Source: Candidatus Binatia bacterium (GTDB lineage: Bacteria; Desulfobacterota; Binatia; UBA9968; CAXXLF01). Taken from it: a stretch of DNA of 64,000 bases. Of the stretch, positions 13,784 to 23,344 are shown in pieces. The notes below the pieces were generated by a model. It saw nothing but the letters and a program-made list of their open reading frames with translations, ran no database searches and had not been told where the DNA came from. Within the stretch, counting starts at the first letter, position 1; every line of letters starts with the position of its first letter. The DNA lies in contig CAXXLF010000001.1 of assembly GCA_963664015.2 (NCBI GenBank), positions 1,203,002 through 1,267,001 of the forward strand. The letters are read 5' to 3'. Both the position numbers and the translations under genes were made by a program.

Positions 13784-13985
13784 TGCGAAGGCGGATGAAG
13801 CCTCCACAGGCTTGGGCCCGTGGTACCCTTCATTTCTTCAGCGAAATCCGCCGAAACACCCTCCTTCGCTCGATCAGCTTCGGAGGGTCCGACCTTCGCA
13901 TTCACCCTGGGTATTTCCGGCCGTCGCAGCCGTATGCTGCTACGGCGAAGTTGGCCCCCCATGGTCTTGTGCGAAGGCGGATAAA
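13784..13985. repeat. Intergenic palindromic miniature element (REP/IS200-IS605-end-like)
   Basis: TGCGAAGGCGGAT direct repeats at 13784-13796 and 13970-13982 enclose hairpins such as CCACAGG..CCCGTGG and CCCTCC..GGAGGG. Confidence 0.55.
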
Positions 13986-14123
13986 AAAAACCGCAATGCA
14001 CCCGGCGGAGCATTACGGACGTTGACTATAGCCCCTAGGGTCATATGGTGTCAACGAAGGAATTTATTGCTCCCAATTGATGCATTGCAGAATTGACCAA
14101 GTTCAAGTATCTAAACTATTAAC

Positions 14124-15038
14124 ATGATTCAAAAATGGAAACTGTTAATCTTTCTTATACTGTTTTCTCTAGGGTCGTTTGCTTGTAGCCCCGCCCATGA
14201 CAAGTCAAAAATCCTCCGAGTCGGTTTTGTTCCAGCCGAGAACGCCCAAGAGGTGGCCCGCAATGCCCAGCCCATCGTTCAGATCCTGCAGGAAAACCTG
14301 AAGATGGAGGTTCAATCCTTTGTCGCTACCGACTACACGGGCGTCGTCGAGGCATTTCGGGCCAACAAACTGGATATCGCCTTTTTGACTCCGGCCTCCT
14401 ACGTACTCGCCAACGGTGAAGCCAACGTCAGAGTCATCTTGAAATCCCATCGCCGGGGAAGGGCCGAATACTATTCGGCCATCATCACACACGCCGACAG
14501 CAATATCCAAAGTCTTGCGGACCTGCGGGACAGGACTTTCGCCTTCGGGGACCCCCTATCCACGTCGGGGCATATCTTTCCGCGCAAGATGTTTGCCGAG
14601 AACGGGATCAACCCGACCAAGGACTTCAAGAGGGTGATCTACTCGGGAGGCCACGACGCGACAGTCCTGGCCGTCTTGAACCGCAAGGTCGACGCCGGTG
14701 CTACCTTTTCCAATTTTCCCGATGGCAGGGGTGGCGCCTGGACCCGGTACCTGACAGACCCCAAAGAACAGAAGCAGATCCGCGCTATCGCCTATTCGGA
14801 ACCCATCCCCGCCGACAACCTAGTCATAAACGCCAACCTGGACCCTGACCTCATCCGTCGCATCGAGAAAATATTTCTCGACTTGAGCGCCGACCCGGCA
14901 GGGAAAAAGATGCTGCGTGATCTCTATCAGATCGACGGATTTGTTACCGCCACGGACCAGGACTACGATTCGGTCCGCCAGGCATTCAAGATTGCGGGCA
15001 TTGACATCAAAGCGGCACTCAAGAAGAAACAGCCGTGA
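14124..15038 (+). CDS. phnD: Phosphonate/phosphite ABC transporter substrate-binding lipoprotein
   Basis: Lipoprotein-like signal (SFAC), DPLSTSG and SGGHDA motifs. Confidence 0.9.
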   Translation: MIQKWKLLIFLILFSLGSFACSPAHDKSKILRVGFVPAENAQEVARNAQPIVQILQENLKMEVQSFVATDYTGVVEAFRANKLDIAFLTPASYVLANGEANVRVILKSHRRGRAEYYSAIITHADSNIQSLADLRDRTFAFGDPLSTSGHIFPRKMFAENGINPTKDFKRVIYSGGHDATVLAVLNRKVDAGATFSNFPDGRGGAWTRYLTDPKEQKQIRAIAYSEPIPADNLVINANLDPDLIRRIEKIFLDLSADPAGKKMLRDLYQIDGFVTATDQDYDSVRQAFKIAGIDIKAALKKKQP

Positions 15039-15817
15039 ACATCCTGGAAGTACGAGATCTCCATAAGTCCTTTGGACCCGTCACCCCGGTTTTGCGTGGT
15101 ATCAACCTCAAGGTCAACCAAGGCGAGTTTCTGGGCATCATCGGCCTCAGTGGATCCGGTAAATCGACGTTGCTCCGGTGCATCAATCGTCTCATCGAAC
15201 CTACCTCAGGCGAGATCCTGGTACCCCGCGCCCTATTTGATGCTGGGGACAACACCGCACTTGCGGACGTTCGCCATTTGAAACGCCACGACCTACGCCT
15301 GTTCCGGCGCAAGGTGGGGATGATTTTCCAGCAATTTAATGTCGTCAAACGTTTTACGGTGATCGAAAATGTCCTCTCGGGAACCTTGGGTTACCAGTCC
15401 AGCCTCAAAAGCTGCCTCAAACTCTTTACGTCAGAAGAAAAGCACCAGGCATTGAGCAATCTCAAGAGAGTCGGGCTATTGGCCCATGCCTATAAACGGA
15501 CCAGCGATCTGAGCGGCGGTGAAGAGCAGCGAGTCGCCATCGCTCGGACTCTAATGCAGAGGCCGACGATCATCCTGGCCGACGAACCGGTCTCGAACCT
15601 GGATCCAAAACTCTCCCGTGTGATTCTGGATATCCTCAAGGCCGTATGCCGTGAAGACGGGATCACCGCTGTGGTCAGCCTTCACACGATGGAGCTGACC
15701 AAGGAGTATGCGGATCGCATCGTGGGACTCAGTCGCGGACAGCTCATCTTCGACGGTCCCGCCAGTGACCTGAATCAGGGCATCGTGGATGAGATTTATC
15801 GGGAAGACAGTGACTAA
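15035..15817 (+). CDS. phnC: Phosphonate ABC transporter ATPase
   Basis: [31 protein letters not shown]. Confidence 0.9.
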   Translation: MNILEVRDLHKSFGPVTPVLRGINLKVNQGEFLGIIGLSGSGKSTLLRCINRLIEPTSGEILVPRALFDAGDNTALADVRHLKRHDLRLFRRKVGMIFQQFNVVKRFTVIENVLSGTLGYQSSLKSCLKLFTSEEKHQALSNLKRVGLLAHAYKRTSDLSGGEEQRVAIARTLMQRPTIILADEPVSNLDPKLSRVILDILKAVCREDGITAVVSLHTMELTKEYADRIVGLSRGQLIFDGPASDLNQGIVDEIYREDSD

Positions 15818-15835
15818 CCACAGGAGGACATAGCA

Positions 15836-16801
15836 TTGGCACAGCACAATCAGACACGGGCCCAAGGTTCCGAACGAGATATCTTTCTTGAGGCGCCGCC
15901 GCAACCGAGCCGAGGCTCCGGCTATTACGTACGGCTAATCTGCCTGCTCGTAGTCCTATGGTGGGCATTTGAAGGGGCCAATTTCAGGCCCGCCGAGCTC
16001 GTTCAGGGAATACCCCAGATCGCCGTGACTTTAGGACGCATGTTGCCCCCCGACTTCAGCAAGGTCATGGACTCGGCCAGCTACTATTTTCCTGAAAACA
16101 TCTCGGCCCCCAAGCTCCTGCTTCCCCTCCCCCTCTCGGCGGAACGATCCGTGGCCAAGAAACGATGGTGGAACAACACCTTCCCCCAAACCATTGTGGG
16201 TGCGACCCTGGAAACCATTCAGATGGCCCTGGCTGGCACCTTTCTGGCCCTGTTCGTCGCCTTTCCCTTGGGTTTTCTGGCGGCCCGCAACACCACCCCA
16301 CACCCGCTTCTCTATCACGCCATTCGCCTGGTCATGAACTTTATCCGCACTATTCCCGACCTGGCCCTTGGGCTCCTCTTCGTTGCCGCCGTGGGTCTGG
16401 GCGCCTTCGCCGGCACCCTCGCCCTGTTCATCCATACCAGTACGGTCCTGGGAAAGCTGTTGTCGGAATCGGTGGAAAACATCGATGAAGGGGTGGTCGA
16501 GGCCATTCGTGCCACGGGGGCAGGATACAGCCAGGTTATTACATTCGCCGTGCTACCTCAGGTCCTGCCGGACCTGATCTCCTTTACGCTTTACCGGTTG
16601 GAGACCAATATACGGGCAGCCTCGGTGCTCGGTCTCATTGGGGCCGGGGGCATCGGATACCTGATGAATACGAGCTTCAGGACCTTCCAATACCAGGAGG
16701 CAGCTGCCATCGTTCTGGTCCTCATTGGTCTGGTGATGGCCGTCGACTATACGAGCTATCGGCTAAGACGCCTGATCGTCCTATCACCTGGTGAGAGTTG
16801 A
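15836..16801 (+). CDS. phnE: Phosphonate ABC transporter permease
   Basis: RTIPDL, LYRLETNIRAASVLGLIGAGGIG. Confidence 0.9.
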   Translation: MAQHNQTRAQGSERDIFLEAPPQPSRGSGYYVRLICLLVVLWWAFEGANFRPAELVQGIPQIAVTLGRMLPPDFSKVMDSASYYFPENISAPKLLLPLPLSAERSVAKKRWWNNTFPQTIVGATLETIQMALAGTFLALFVAFPLGFLAARNTTPHPLLYHAIRLVMNFIRTIPDLALGLLFVAAVGLGAFAGTLALFIHTSTVLGKLLSESVENIDEGVVEAIRATGAGYSQVITFAVLPQVLPDLISFTLYRLETNIRAASVLGLIGAGGIGYLMNTSFRTFQYQEAAAIVLVLIGLVMAVDYTSYRLRRLIVLSPGES

Positions 16802-16879
16802 GTGATCCGTGTTGAGGGTCAAGAGGCCCGCACTAGGCTGAGAGCTGAAGGCTGACAGCTAATAGCCAATTTGCGGTTT

Positions 16880-17524
16880 TCATTTGGGCCAGGCGCGGAT
16901 CTGCTGTTCGGTGCGCAGTTTCTTGCGATCGTAGGTTTCCCAGTGGGCCATATCTGAAATTTCACGGCGCGGTTTGGGCCTGGGCCAGGTCTGGGCATGT
17001 CCGATGGGGACAAACCACAGGAGGCGAAGCGGTTCCGGCACCTGAAACATTTTCCTAAGCTCCCCTTCCACCTCCTCCCGCACCGAAACCCACACAGTGC
17101 CCAGTCCCATGCTCGCCGCTATGAGCATGAGCTGCTCGACCGCGTTGGCGATACTGGCATGGAAGAGCTTCTCCCGGTCGGCTGGCTGCCGGGTGGTCAG
17201 ATAGACGTTCTTCGTTCGTGGATCGCCGCACACCAGCACCAGGACACTGACGTCCCCCACATAGTCTTTCTTCAAACCCTTATAGTGGACGGGGTCTTCC
17301 AGCTTTCGTTTCTTCCACTCCCGGGAATAGATCTCCCGGACCCGCTTCATCTTTTTTTGATCCCGAGTCAGAACAAACTCCCACGGTTGGGTGTTCGCCC
17401 CCGAGGGTGCCCAGCGGGCGGCCTCCAGGATCGTTTGGATCTGCTCGTCGCTCACCTTGCCCGGTTTGTATACCCGTACACTCGCACGCTTTTTTATAAT
17501 CTTTAAAAGTTTCTGACTCTCCAA
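16880..17524 (-). CDS. Nitroreductase family protein
   Basis: RASVR..APSGANTQPWEF..GLGTVW. Confidence 0.88.
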   Translation of the reverse strand: MESQKLLKIIKKRASVRVYKPGKVSDEQIQTILEAARWAPSGANTQPWEFVLTRDQKKMKRVREIYSREWKKRKLEDPVHYKGLKKDYVGDVSVLVLVCGDPRTKNVYLTTRQPADREKLFHASIANAVEQLMLIAASMGLGTVWVSVREEVEGELRKMFQVPEPLRLLWFVPIGHAQTWPRPKPRREISDMAHWETYDRKKLRTEQQIRAWPK

Positions 17525-17663
17525 TAGCCACCTCCGCCGATGATACCCTTATCTATACCTTATGCCAGGAATAACCGGAATAAGTCGAGTCCCAGGCCCT
17601 CGGTGAATTATGGACTTCTTTTTATACGGTATGCTAATGTCTCGGCTGGAGGGCAAACGGTCC

Positions 17664-18515
17664 ATGATCAAAACCATTGGCCTCGTGGCCAAACATGGAG
17701 AGGCCAAGGCTGTCGATATCGCCGATTGGTTGATCCCCTGGCTCAAGAAAAAGGGTAAGCAAGTCCTGGTTGAGACTAGCTTTAACGCGTTGGGAGGCAA
17801 GGCCTGTAACAAGCAGGAAATGGCAAAGAAGGCGGACCTGATAATCGTCCTGGGTGGCGATGGGACCCTCTTGAGTATCGCCCGACTGGTCGAACGGCCT
17901 CAGGTCCCCATTCTGGGCGTCAATTTGGGGGGCCTGGGCTTTATCACGGAAGTGGCCGCCGACGAGTTGGAGTCCGTGCTCAACGACATCTTGAACGGCG
18001 ATTTTTCAGTGCAAAAGAGAATGACTCTTGAGCTTCGGGTCTACAGCAAAAAGTCCAAGGCAAAAAAGTTTCGAGTCCTTAACGACGGGGTCATTACTAA
18101 AGGGGCCCGCTCCAAGATTATCGGCCTGGAGACCTACGTGGGGGACGAATACCTATGCACCTACAAGTCCGACGGCCTGGTTATTTCCACACCCACGGGA
18201 TCTACGGCCTATTCCATGGCCGCCGGCGGCCCGATTCTCTACCCGTCCCTAGGGGCCATCATTCTTTCGCCCATTTGCCCCCATATGCTGACCAACCGCC
18301 CAATCGTGATCTCCAATAAGTCGACCGTCCGCGTCACCCTGCGCTCAGGCGAGGACACCGTATTTTTGAGCCCCGATGGACAGCAGGCCGTGCTTTTGAC
18401 CGACGGAGATGTGGTGGAAGCACGGGACTACGGCGTCCCTATATCCCTGGTCAACGCCCCCTCCCGGGGCTACTTCGAGATCCTGCGTAACCGGCTCAAA
18501 TGGGGTGAACGATAA
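17664..18515 (+). CDS. nadK: NAD kinase
   Basis: GGDGT, GVNLGGLGF, DGLVISTPTGSTAYSMAAGGP; nadK-recN synteny. Confidence 0.96.
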   Translation: MIKTIGLVAKHGEAKAVDIADWLIPWLKKKGKQVLVETSFNALGGKACNKQEMAKKADLIIVLGGDGTLLSIARLVERPQVPILGVNLGGLGFITEVAADELESVLNDILNGDFSVQKRMTLELRVYSKKSKAKKFRVLNDGVITKGARSKIIGLETYVGDEYLCTYKSDGLVISTPTGSTAYSMAAGGPILYPSLGAIILSPICPHMLTNRPIVISNKSTVRVTLRSGEDTVFLSPDGQQAVLLTDGDVVEARDYGVPISLVNAPSRGYFEILRNRLKWGER

Positions 18516-18533
18516 AGGGGGATGGGTTCCGGC

Positions 18534-20246
18534 ATGCTCCGGGAACTACGCATAAAAAACTTTGCCATCATCGATGAGACGGAACTGGAACTCGGTCCCG
18601 GGCTCGATGTTTTGACCGGAGAGACCGGCGCGGGGAAGACCATCATCCTGAATGCCCTCGGTCTGATCCTAGGAGGACGAGTGTCCACTACCATCATCCG
18701 CGAGGGAGCCGAGGAGGCAACCGTCGAGGCCCTGTTCGAAAATATTCCCCAGGCCCTCAAAGATAAGCTGCGCGAAGGGGGCTACACCGACGAGGGGGCA
18801 CTCATCATCAGGAGGATCGTCAGCCGTTCGGGGAAAAATCGAATCTATTTGAACGGGAGTCTCTATCCGTTAAATTTACTCGCCGAACTGGGAACCCACT
18901 TGATCCACATTTACGGCCAACACGAACACCATAGTCTGCTGAGGTCGGAGACTCACCTGACCTTGCTCGATGCCCACGGCAACCTTGAGGACCAAGCGGT
19001 TGTGATGCAGCAGCGCTATGAGACCTTTAGACGGGCATGGGAGAAATTCAAGCAGGCCAAGCAAAGGTTGGAAAAGCGGGCCGAGGAAGAGTCTTCGCTC
19101 CGCGCTCAGGCCGATGAGATCGCCCTCGCCTCATTGCGCGCAGGAGAGGAAAAGGAACTCGAGGCCAAGCGAAACGTCCTAGTAAATGCGGAAAAGCTCT
19201 TCAACGGTTGTAAGGAAGGAGAAGAGCTCCTCTACGAATCCGAGGATGCCTTGGTGAGCCGCCTCGGACGATACCTGCTCCGTTTTCAGCAGCTGGCCAC
19301 CATCGATGACTCACTCAAAGAGACCGTAGAACTGCTCAACTCCTCACTGATCCAATTGGAAGAGACCGCCTCGGCCCTCAGGGCCTATGCGGGCCGCATC
19401 GAATTCGATCCACAGGGCCTGGAACGTTTGGAAGACCGGCTCGATGAGATCCGGCGTTTAAAACGAAAATACAACGGCTCCATCGAAGATATCCTTAAAA
19501 CAAAAGAGGACATAGACGCCGATCTGGCCGCCCTGCAAAAAGACGAAGGAGAGATAGCCGGCCTCGCGCGGGAATTCGAGGAAGCATGTCGATTGGCCTG
19601 GGAACAGGCGGAAATTCTCTCTTCGGGACGAAGACGTGTAGCTAAGAGCTTCAAAAAGGGGATGGAAAAGGAACTGACCGGCCTGGGAATGCCGCGGACA
19701 AAATTCGAGGCCCACTTTCTCGACGGTAATGGTAAAAAAGACAACCCGCCCTTTGCGGTCGGGGGGAGGAAGATCACCGAGCAGGGAACCGACCAGATTG
19801 AATTCTATTTTTCCCCCAACCCGGGAGAGCCCGTAAAACCCATGGCGCGGGTCGCCTCGGGAGGCGAACTATCCCGAATCATGCTGGCGCTCAAGTCATT
19901 GGTATTGAGTCAGGGCGATATTCCCACCCTGCTCTTCGACGAGGTCGACGCCGGCATCGGCGGCAGGGTCGCGGAAATGGTGGGAACGAAGCTGAAGAAA
20001 GTTGCGGCTACCCATCAGGTGATCTGCGTAACCCATCTCCCCCAGATCGCGGCCCTGGCCAATTCCCACTACGTGGTGGAAAAAGAGGTGTCCAGGGGTA
20101 GGACTTTCACCAGAGTTCGAAAGCTCAGCGACAAGGACAAGATTGGGGAAGTGGCCCGTATGCTTGGTGGAATCAAGGTAACCGAGCAGGCCAGGCGCCA
20201 CGCGGCAGAGATGCTCAATCCGCAAGGCGAAAATATCAAAGACTAA
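18534..20246 (+). CDS. recN: DNA repair protein RecN
   Basis: TGETGAGKT, coiled coil, ASGGELSR, FDEVDAGIGG, VTHLPQIAA. Confidence 0.97.
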   Translation: MLRELRIKNFAIIDETELELGPGLDVLTGETGAGKTIILNALGLILGGRVSTTIIREGAEEATVEALFENIPQALKDKLREGGYTDEGALIIRRIVSRSGKNRIYLNGSLYPLNLLAELGTHLIHIYGQHEHHSLLRSETHLTLLDAHGNLEDQAVVMQQRYETFRRAWEKFKQAKQRLEKRAEEESSLRAQADEIALASLRAGEEKELEAKRNVLVNAEKLFNGCKEGEELLYESEDALVSRLGRYLLRFQQLATIDDSLKETVELLNSSLIQLEETASALRAYAGRIEFDPQGLERLEDRLDEIRRLKRKYNGSIEDILKTKEDIDADLAALQKDEGEIAGLAREFEEACRLAWEQAEILSSGRRRVAKSFKKGMEKELTGLGMPRTKFEAHFLDGNGKKDNPPFAVGGRKITEQGTDQIEFYFSPNPGEPVKPMARVASGGELSRIMLALKSLVLSQGDIPTLLFDEVDAGIGGRVAEMVGTKLKKVAATHQVICVTHLPQIAALANSHYVVEKEVSRGRTFTRVRKLSDKDKIGEVARMLGGIKVTEQARRHAAEMLNPQGENIKD

Positions 20247-20387
20247 GCATCAAACAGACTCCATTCCGTGTTTTCAAGCCTGCAAGTCTGATTGACTTTT
20301 GACCTCTATTCTTGGATATTGGGGCAATGACGACCCAATGAGCCGTCATTGATCTATTACCCGCCACCCTTCACATTTTCATCCCGT

Positions 20388-20463
<76 letters not shown>

Positions 20464-20466
20464 TAA

Positions 20467-20479
20467 AATCAATAACTTG
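20467..20479 (+). promoter_or_regulatory. IHF-type site in attL
   Basis: AATCAATAACTTG fits WATCAANNNNTTR and lies between the tRNA end and the arm sites. Confidence 0.6.
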
Positions 20480-20534
20480 GAGGCCATTCCAATTCTCTCC
20501 ATTCCTGCATTGTCCGTGTTTTGTCCGCTTTCTC

Positions 20535-21593
20535 TCATCCAACTGCCTTCATAGCGGCCACTGTTGAGTCTTTCGGTTGCTTCTCCAGGTGATTCTGTAG
20601 CTTTTCGGAGGCTTCCCGCAAATCCCTTTCGTCAACAATCCGGTAGCGACGGTACATGCTCCTTGTTTTGTGTCCTGTGATCTCCATAGCGACTGACTCT
20701 GGGACGCCGGCCCGGGACAAGTTTCGTGCTGCGCACCTTCTTAGGTCATGGACTATGATTCCATTCAGTTTGCTTTCCTTACATGCCGTTTCCCACGCTT
20801 TCCTAAAGTCCCTGATCCTTCGTCCGTTGTGGTGGAAAACGTAGGTACAATTTAAACGACGCCGTTCCGCCCTTTCCACAAGAACCTTCCAAAGTCTGCC
20901 AACCAACGGCAACACGCGCCCCTCTTTGTTTTTAGAATTTTCAATCCTAAGCCTGATAACTCGACCTTGGAGATCCACATCTCGCCATTCGAGCTTGAGT
21001 GCTTCGCCCTTGCGCCAGCCGGAAAGATATAGAAATTCCGTTACAGGCTTGAGATATTCAGGGAGTTTATCCAAAAGCTGGAGGAAGTCCCCATGTTCCA
21101 AAAAACCCTGTCTGATCCTTTCGCCGTCCAGCATTTGGAATCTTGGTTTACGGGAAAACTTACCTGCTTGCACTGCCAAAGAGAACATGCGTCCCAGGAT
21201 GGCAACCTCACGATTCACGGTTGCCCTGGAGGCACCCTCATCAAGCCTATGAACCTGGTATGCCTTCCCTTTGTCTGGGGTTATGTCAATTGCCCTGTAC
21301 AATCCAAAGAAACCTTTAAGGTGGGGGATGTAGTAATTCACCGTGGAAAGGGACCGTTTGTTGTTTACCTGGTAGTCATTTCTCAAGTCATTCACCAGGT
21401 CATCGAAAGTAAGGCGATCCTCATCAGGTCCGATGAACCTCCCAGCGTTCATCTCCCCCAGGCGTTTCTTTAGTAGTTTGCATGCCCGAGCCTCGCTCCC
21501 TGAACCCGAGCTTTCCCGAAACTCCTTTCCTCTGTGGTAGTAGGCTATCCACCAAGTGGATCCTCGTTGAAAAGTCCGTCCTATACCTCTCAT
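20535..21593 (-). CDS. Tyrosine recombinase (phage integrase)
   Basis: GWRKGE (R), HDLRR, TGHKT..YRRY catalytic motifs; N-terminal arm-binding beta segment. Confidence 0.95.
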   Translation of the reverse strand: MRGIGRTFQRGSTWWIAYYHRGKEFRESSGSGSEARACKLLKKRLGEMNAGRFIGPDEDRLTFDDLVNDLRNDYQVNNKRSLSTVNYYIPHLKGFFGLYRAIDITPDKGKAYQVHRLDEGASRATVNREVAILGRMFSLAVQAGKFSRKPRFQMLDGERIRQGFLEHGDFLQLLDKLPEYLKPVTEFLYLSGWRKGEALKLEWRDVDLQGRVIRLRIENSKNKEGRVLPLVGRLWKVLVERAERRRLNCTYVFHHNGRRIRDFRKAWETACKESKLNGIIVHDLRRCAARNLSRAGVPESVAMEITGHKTRSMYRRYRIVDERDLREASEKLQNHLEKQPKDSTVAAMKAVG

Positions 21594-21784
21594 GTGTTCC
21601 TTCCTCCTTTTTTGGATTCCATGACAAGAAGGTACTTCACGGCAAGCTCGGTTGTACGGATTACTGGAAACTCCCCCCTTTCCATCCGTGCGACGCTGTT
21701 CTTATGGACACCAAGGGCCTTTCCAAGCTCTTTTTGCGTCATTTTCAACCGCAGCCTTGCGCGCTTCAGTTCTTTTCCTGACAT
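21590..21784 (-). CDS. XRE/Cro HTH protein, translationally coupled to int
   Basis: MTQKELGKALGVHKNSVARMERG; stop overlaps the int start (ATGA). Confidence 0.8.
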   Translation of the reverse strand: MSGKELKRARLRLKMTQKELGKALGVHKNSVARMERGEFPVIRTTELAVKYLLVMESKKGGRNT

Positions 21785-21825
21785 GGTATCCAATGCGGAT
21801 ATCATTAGGTCACTTGTATGTCAAG

Positions 21826-22101
21826 TTATTTTCTTGTGGCCATCCATTTCTGGATACCCTGAGATGAGAACCGGAGCATCTTGGGGCCTAACTTGCGGGT
21901 GAAGGGGAGTTGGCACGCGTGGCGGTAAAGCCAGTCTTCGCTGACCGATAGAATATTGGAGGTCTCCTCAGCGTTGAGGAGCCGGTCCCCTTCCTGGTAG
22001 CTGTTTCCGTTGGTGGCGGCACAGATCTCGTCTCGGATGACTTCCCGAAGCCAGCCCTCCAAACTCTCGAAGGGGTTTAGTTTACTGTTTTGCCCATCCA
22101 T
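21826..22101 (-). CDS. Excisionase-like HTH_17 protein
   Basis: RLLNAEETSNILSVSEDWLYR..LRFS..IQKW. Confidence 0.8.
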   Translation of the reverse strand: MDGQNSKLNPFESLEGWLREVIRDEICAATNGNSYQEGDRLLNAEETSNILSVSEDWLYRHACQLPFTRKLGPKMLRFSSQGIQKWMATRK

Positions 22102-22182
22102 TGTAGAGATTGGCTTTTAAAGTCCCTTTTGTGGCCACAACTGTGACCGGGGTAATGTCTCTAGGAAATCCATATTTTATCG

Positions 22183-22725
22183 TTAAGACTTTATCTCAAT
22201 GGGCCTCTTACTCTCCTGGAAAGCGGTGAGCTGGGCCGCATTCACCTGCTGGTTTCCAATATTCACCTGAACCGTGGGAATCAGCAGACGGCGCACCTGA
22301 GCCAGCGTCCGAATGGCCGAGAGGTAGCGTCTATGCGCACGATCTTGGTGCTGCTGGTAGTAATCGGCCTGCTTTGGGCTGATAGTTTTCATGTTTTGCG
22401 CGTAGATGGTGTCGATATAGTAAACTTGAAACCAGCACACCACCACCCGCTCTACCAGCAGCTTTTCTAACGGTGTGGGCGCTGACCCGGCGAGATCCTC
22501 TTTCATAGCCTGCAGTTTTTCATAGGTAGCCTCTTTGACCACCGTGTTGCCTCCCGAGGCGAGATTGACCAGACTATGCTCAGCCTGGAAGGCAATGTTC
22601 CCTACCTGTTCCCGTAGTGCTGGTTGAGCATCAAACTGCTTCCTCAACTCCGAAATCGCTTCCTTGTCGCCCTTTCCTGCGTATTCGAGTAGCTTAGCTG
22701 TCTTTTGTTGATTGAACTTCTTCAC
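22183..22725 (-). CDS. Hypothetical helical protein of the integrative element
   Basis: 180-aa ORF overlapping the upstream gene; C-terminal VQVNIGNQQVN beta tail. Confidence 0.7.
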   Translation of the reverse strand: MKKFNQQKTAKLLEYAGKGDKEAISELRKQFDAQPALREQVGNIAFQAEHSLVNLASGGNTVVKEATYEKLQAMKEDLAGSAPTPLEKLLVERVVVCWFQVYYIDTIYAQNMKTISPKQADYYQQHQDRAHRRYLSAIRTLAQVRRLLIPTVQVNIGNQQVNAAQLTAFQESKRPIEIKS

Positions 22726-23026
22726 GTTTCCGTCTCCATTCTCCCCGGTGGTGCTGGTGGTAGCCAGCCAGCATCAAGGTTTCCCGGACCAGGGTCTCAA
22801 CAACCTCACAGAACTTCACTACTGGAGCATCCGCCGTCTCTAAGCGGATGCGTTCGTCGCGCAAAGCTTTTGCTCTTAATTGCCGTTTCGCCCGCTGCTC
22901 CGCGTCCGTATTGGCTGCAAGCTGCCCGGCAAGGCCGCCACCGATATATTCGCGGACAACACGGCCCCTTACCTTTCTGCTTCGCGTGTAATAGAGTCCG
23001 CCCCGCTTTCGTCTCTCCCAGGCCAA
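22694..23026 (-). CDS. Hypothetical basic protein
   Basis: YYTRSRKVRGRVVREYIG beta-hairpin; overlaps the next gene. Confidence 0.7.
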   Translation of the reverse strand: MAWERRKRGGLYYTRSRKVRGRVVREYIGGGLAGQLAANTDAEQRAKRQLRAKALRDERIRLETADAPVVKFCEVVETLVRETLMLAGYHQHHRGEWRRKREEVQSTKDS

Positions 23027-23344
23027 ATAGGTTGTGTTACCTTTTAACTTTTGCCCCGCTTTGAGGCCCCTCCTGGATCACCGTGGCACCAGAATAAGGT
23101 ACCCATTTCCAGCACGATTGAGGCCTTTTCTCAGTAAACCTGGGAGCGCCCCAAAAATGTGCAAACATGTGTAGAACAAGTGCAGAGGTATTCTCGTCTA
23201 AAATTATCCAGTAAGAATCTGCACTTTTGACTGCGTATCAGACGTTCCGACATAACTGCTCGGCTAATGGTCTCTTTCTCCGGCCTGTCCGTTAGTTGTC
23301 CGTGTCCCCTGCCTGCGTGCTCCAGGATTTTAAGGGGAAAATCG

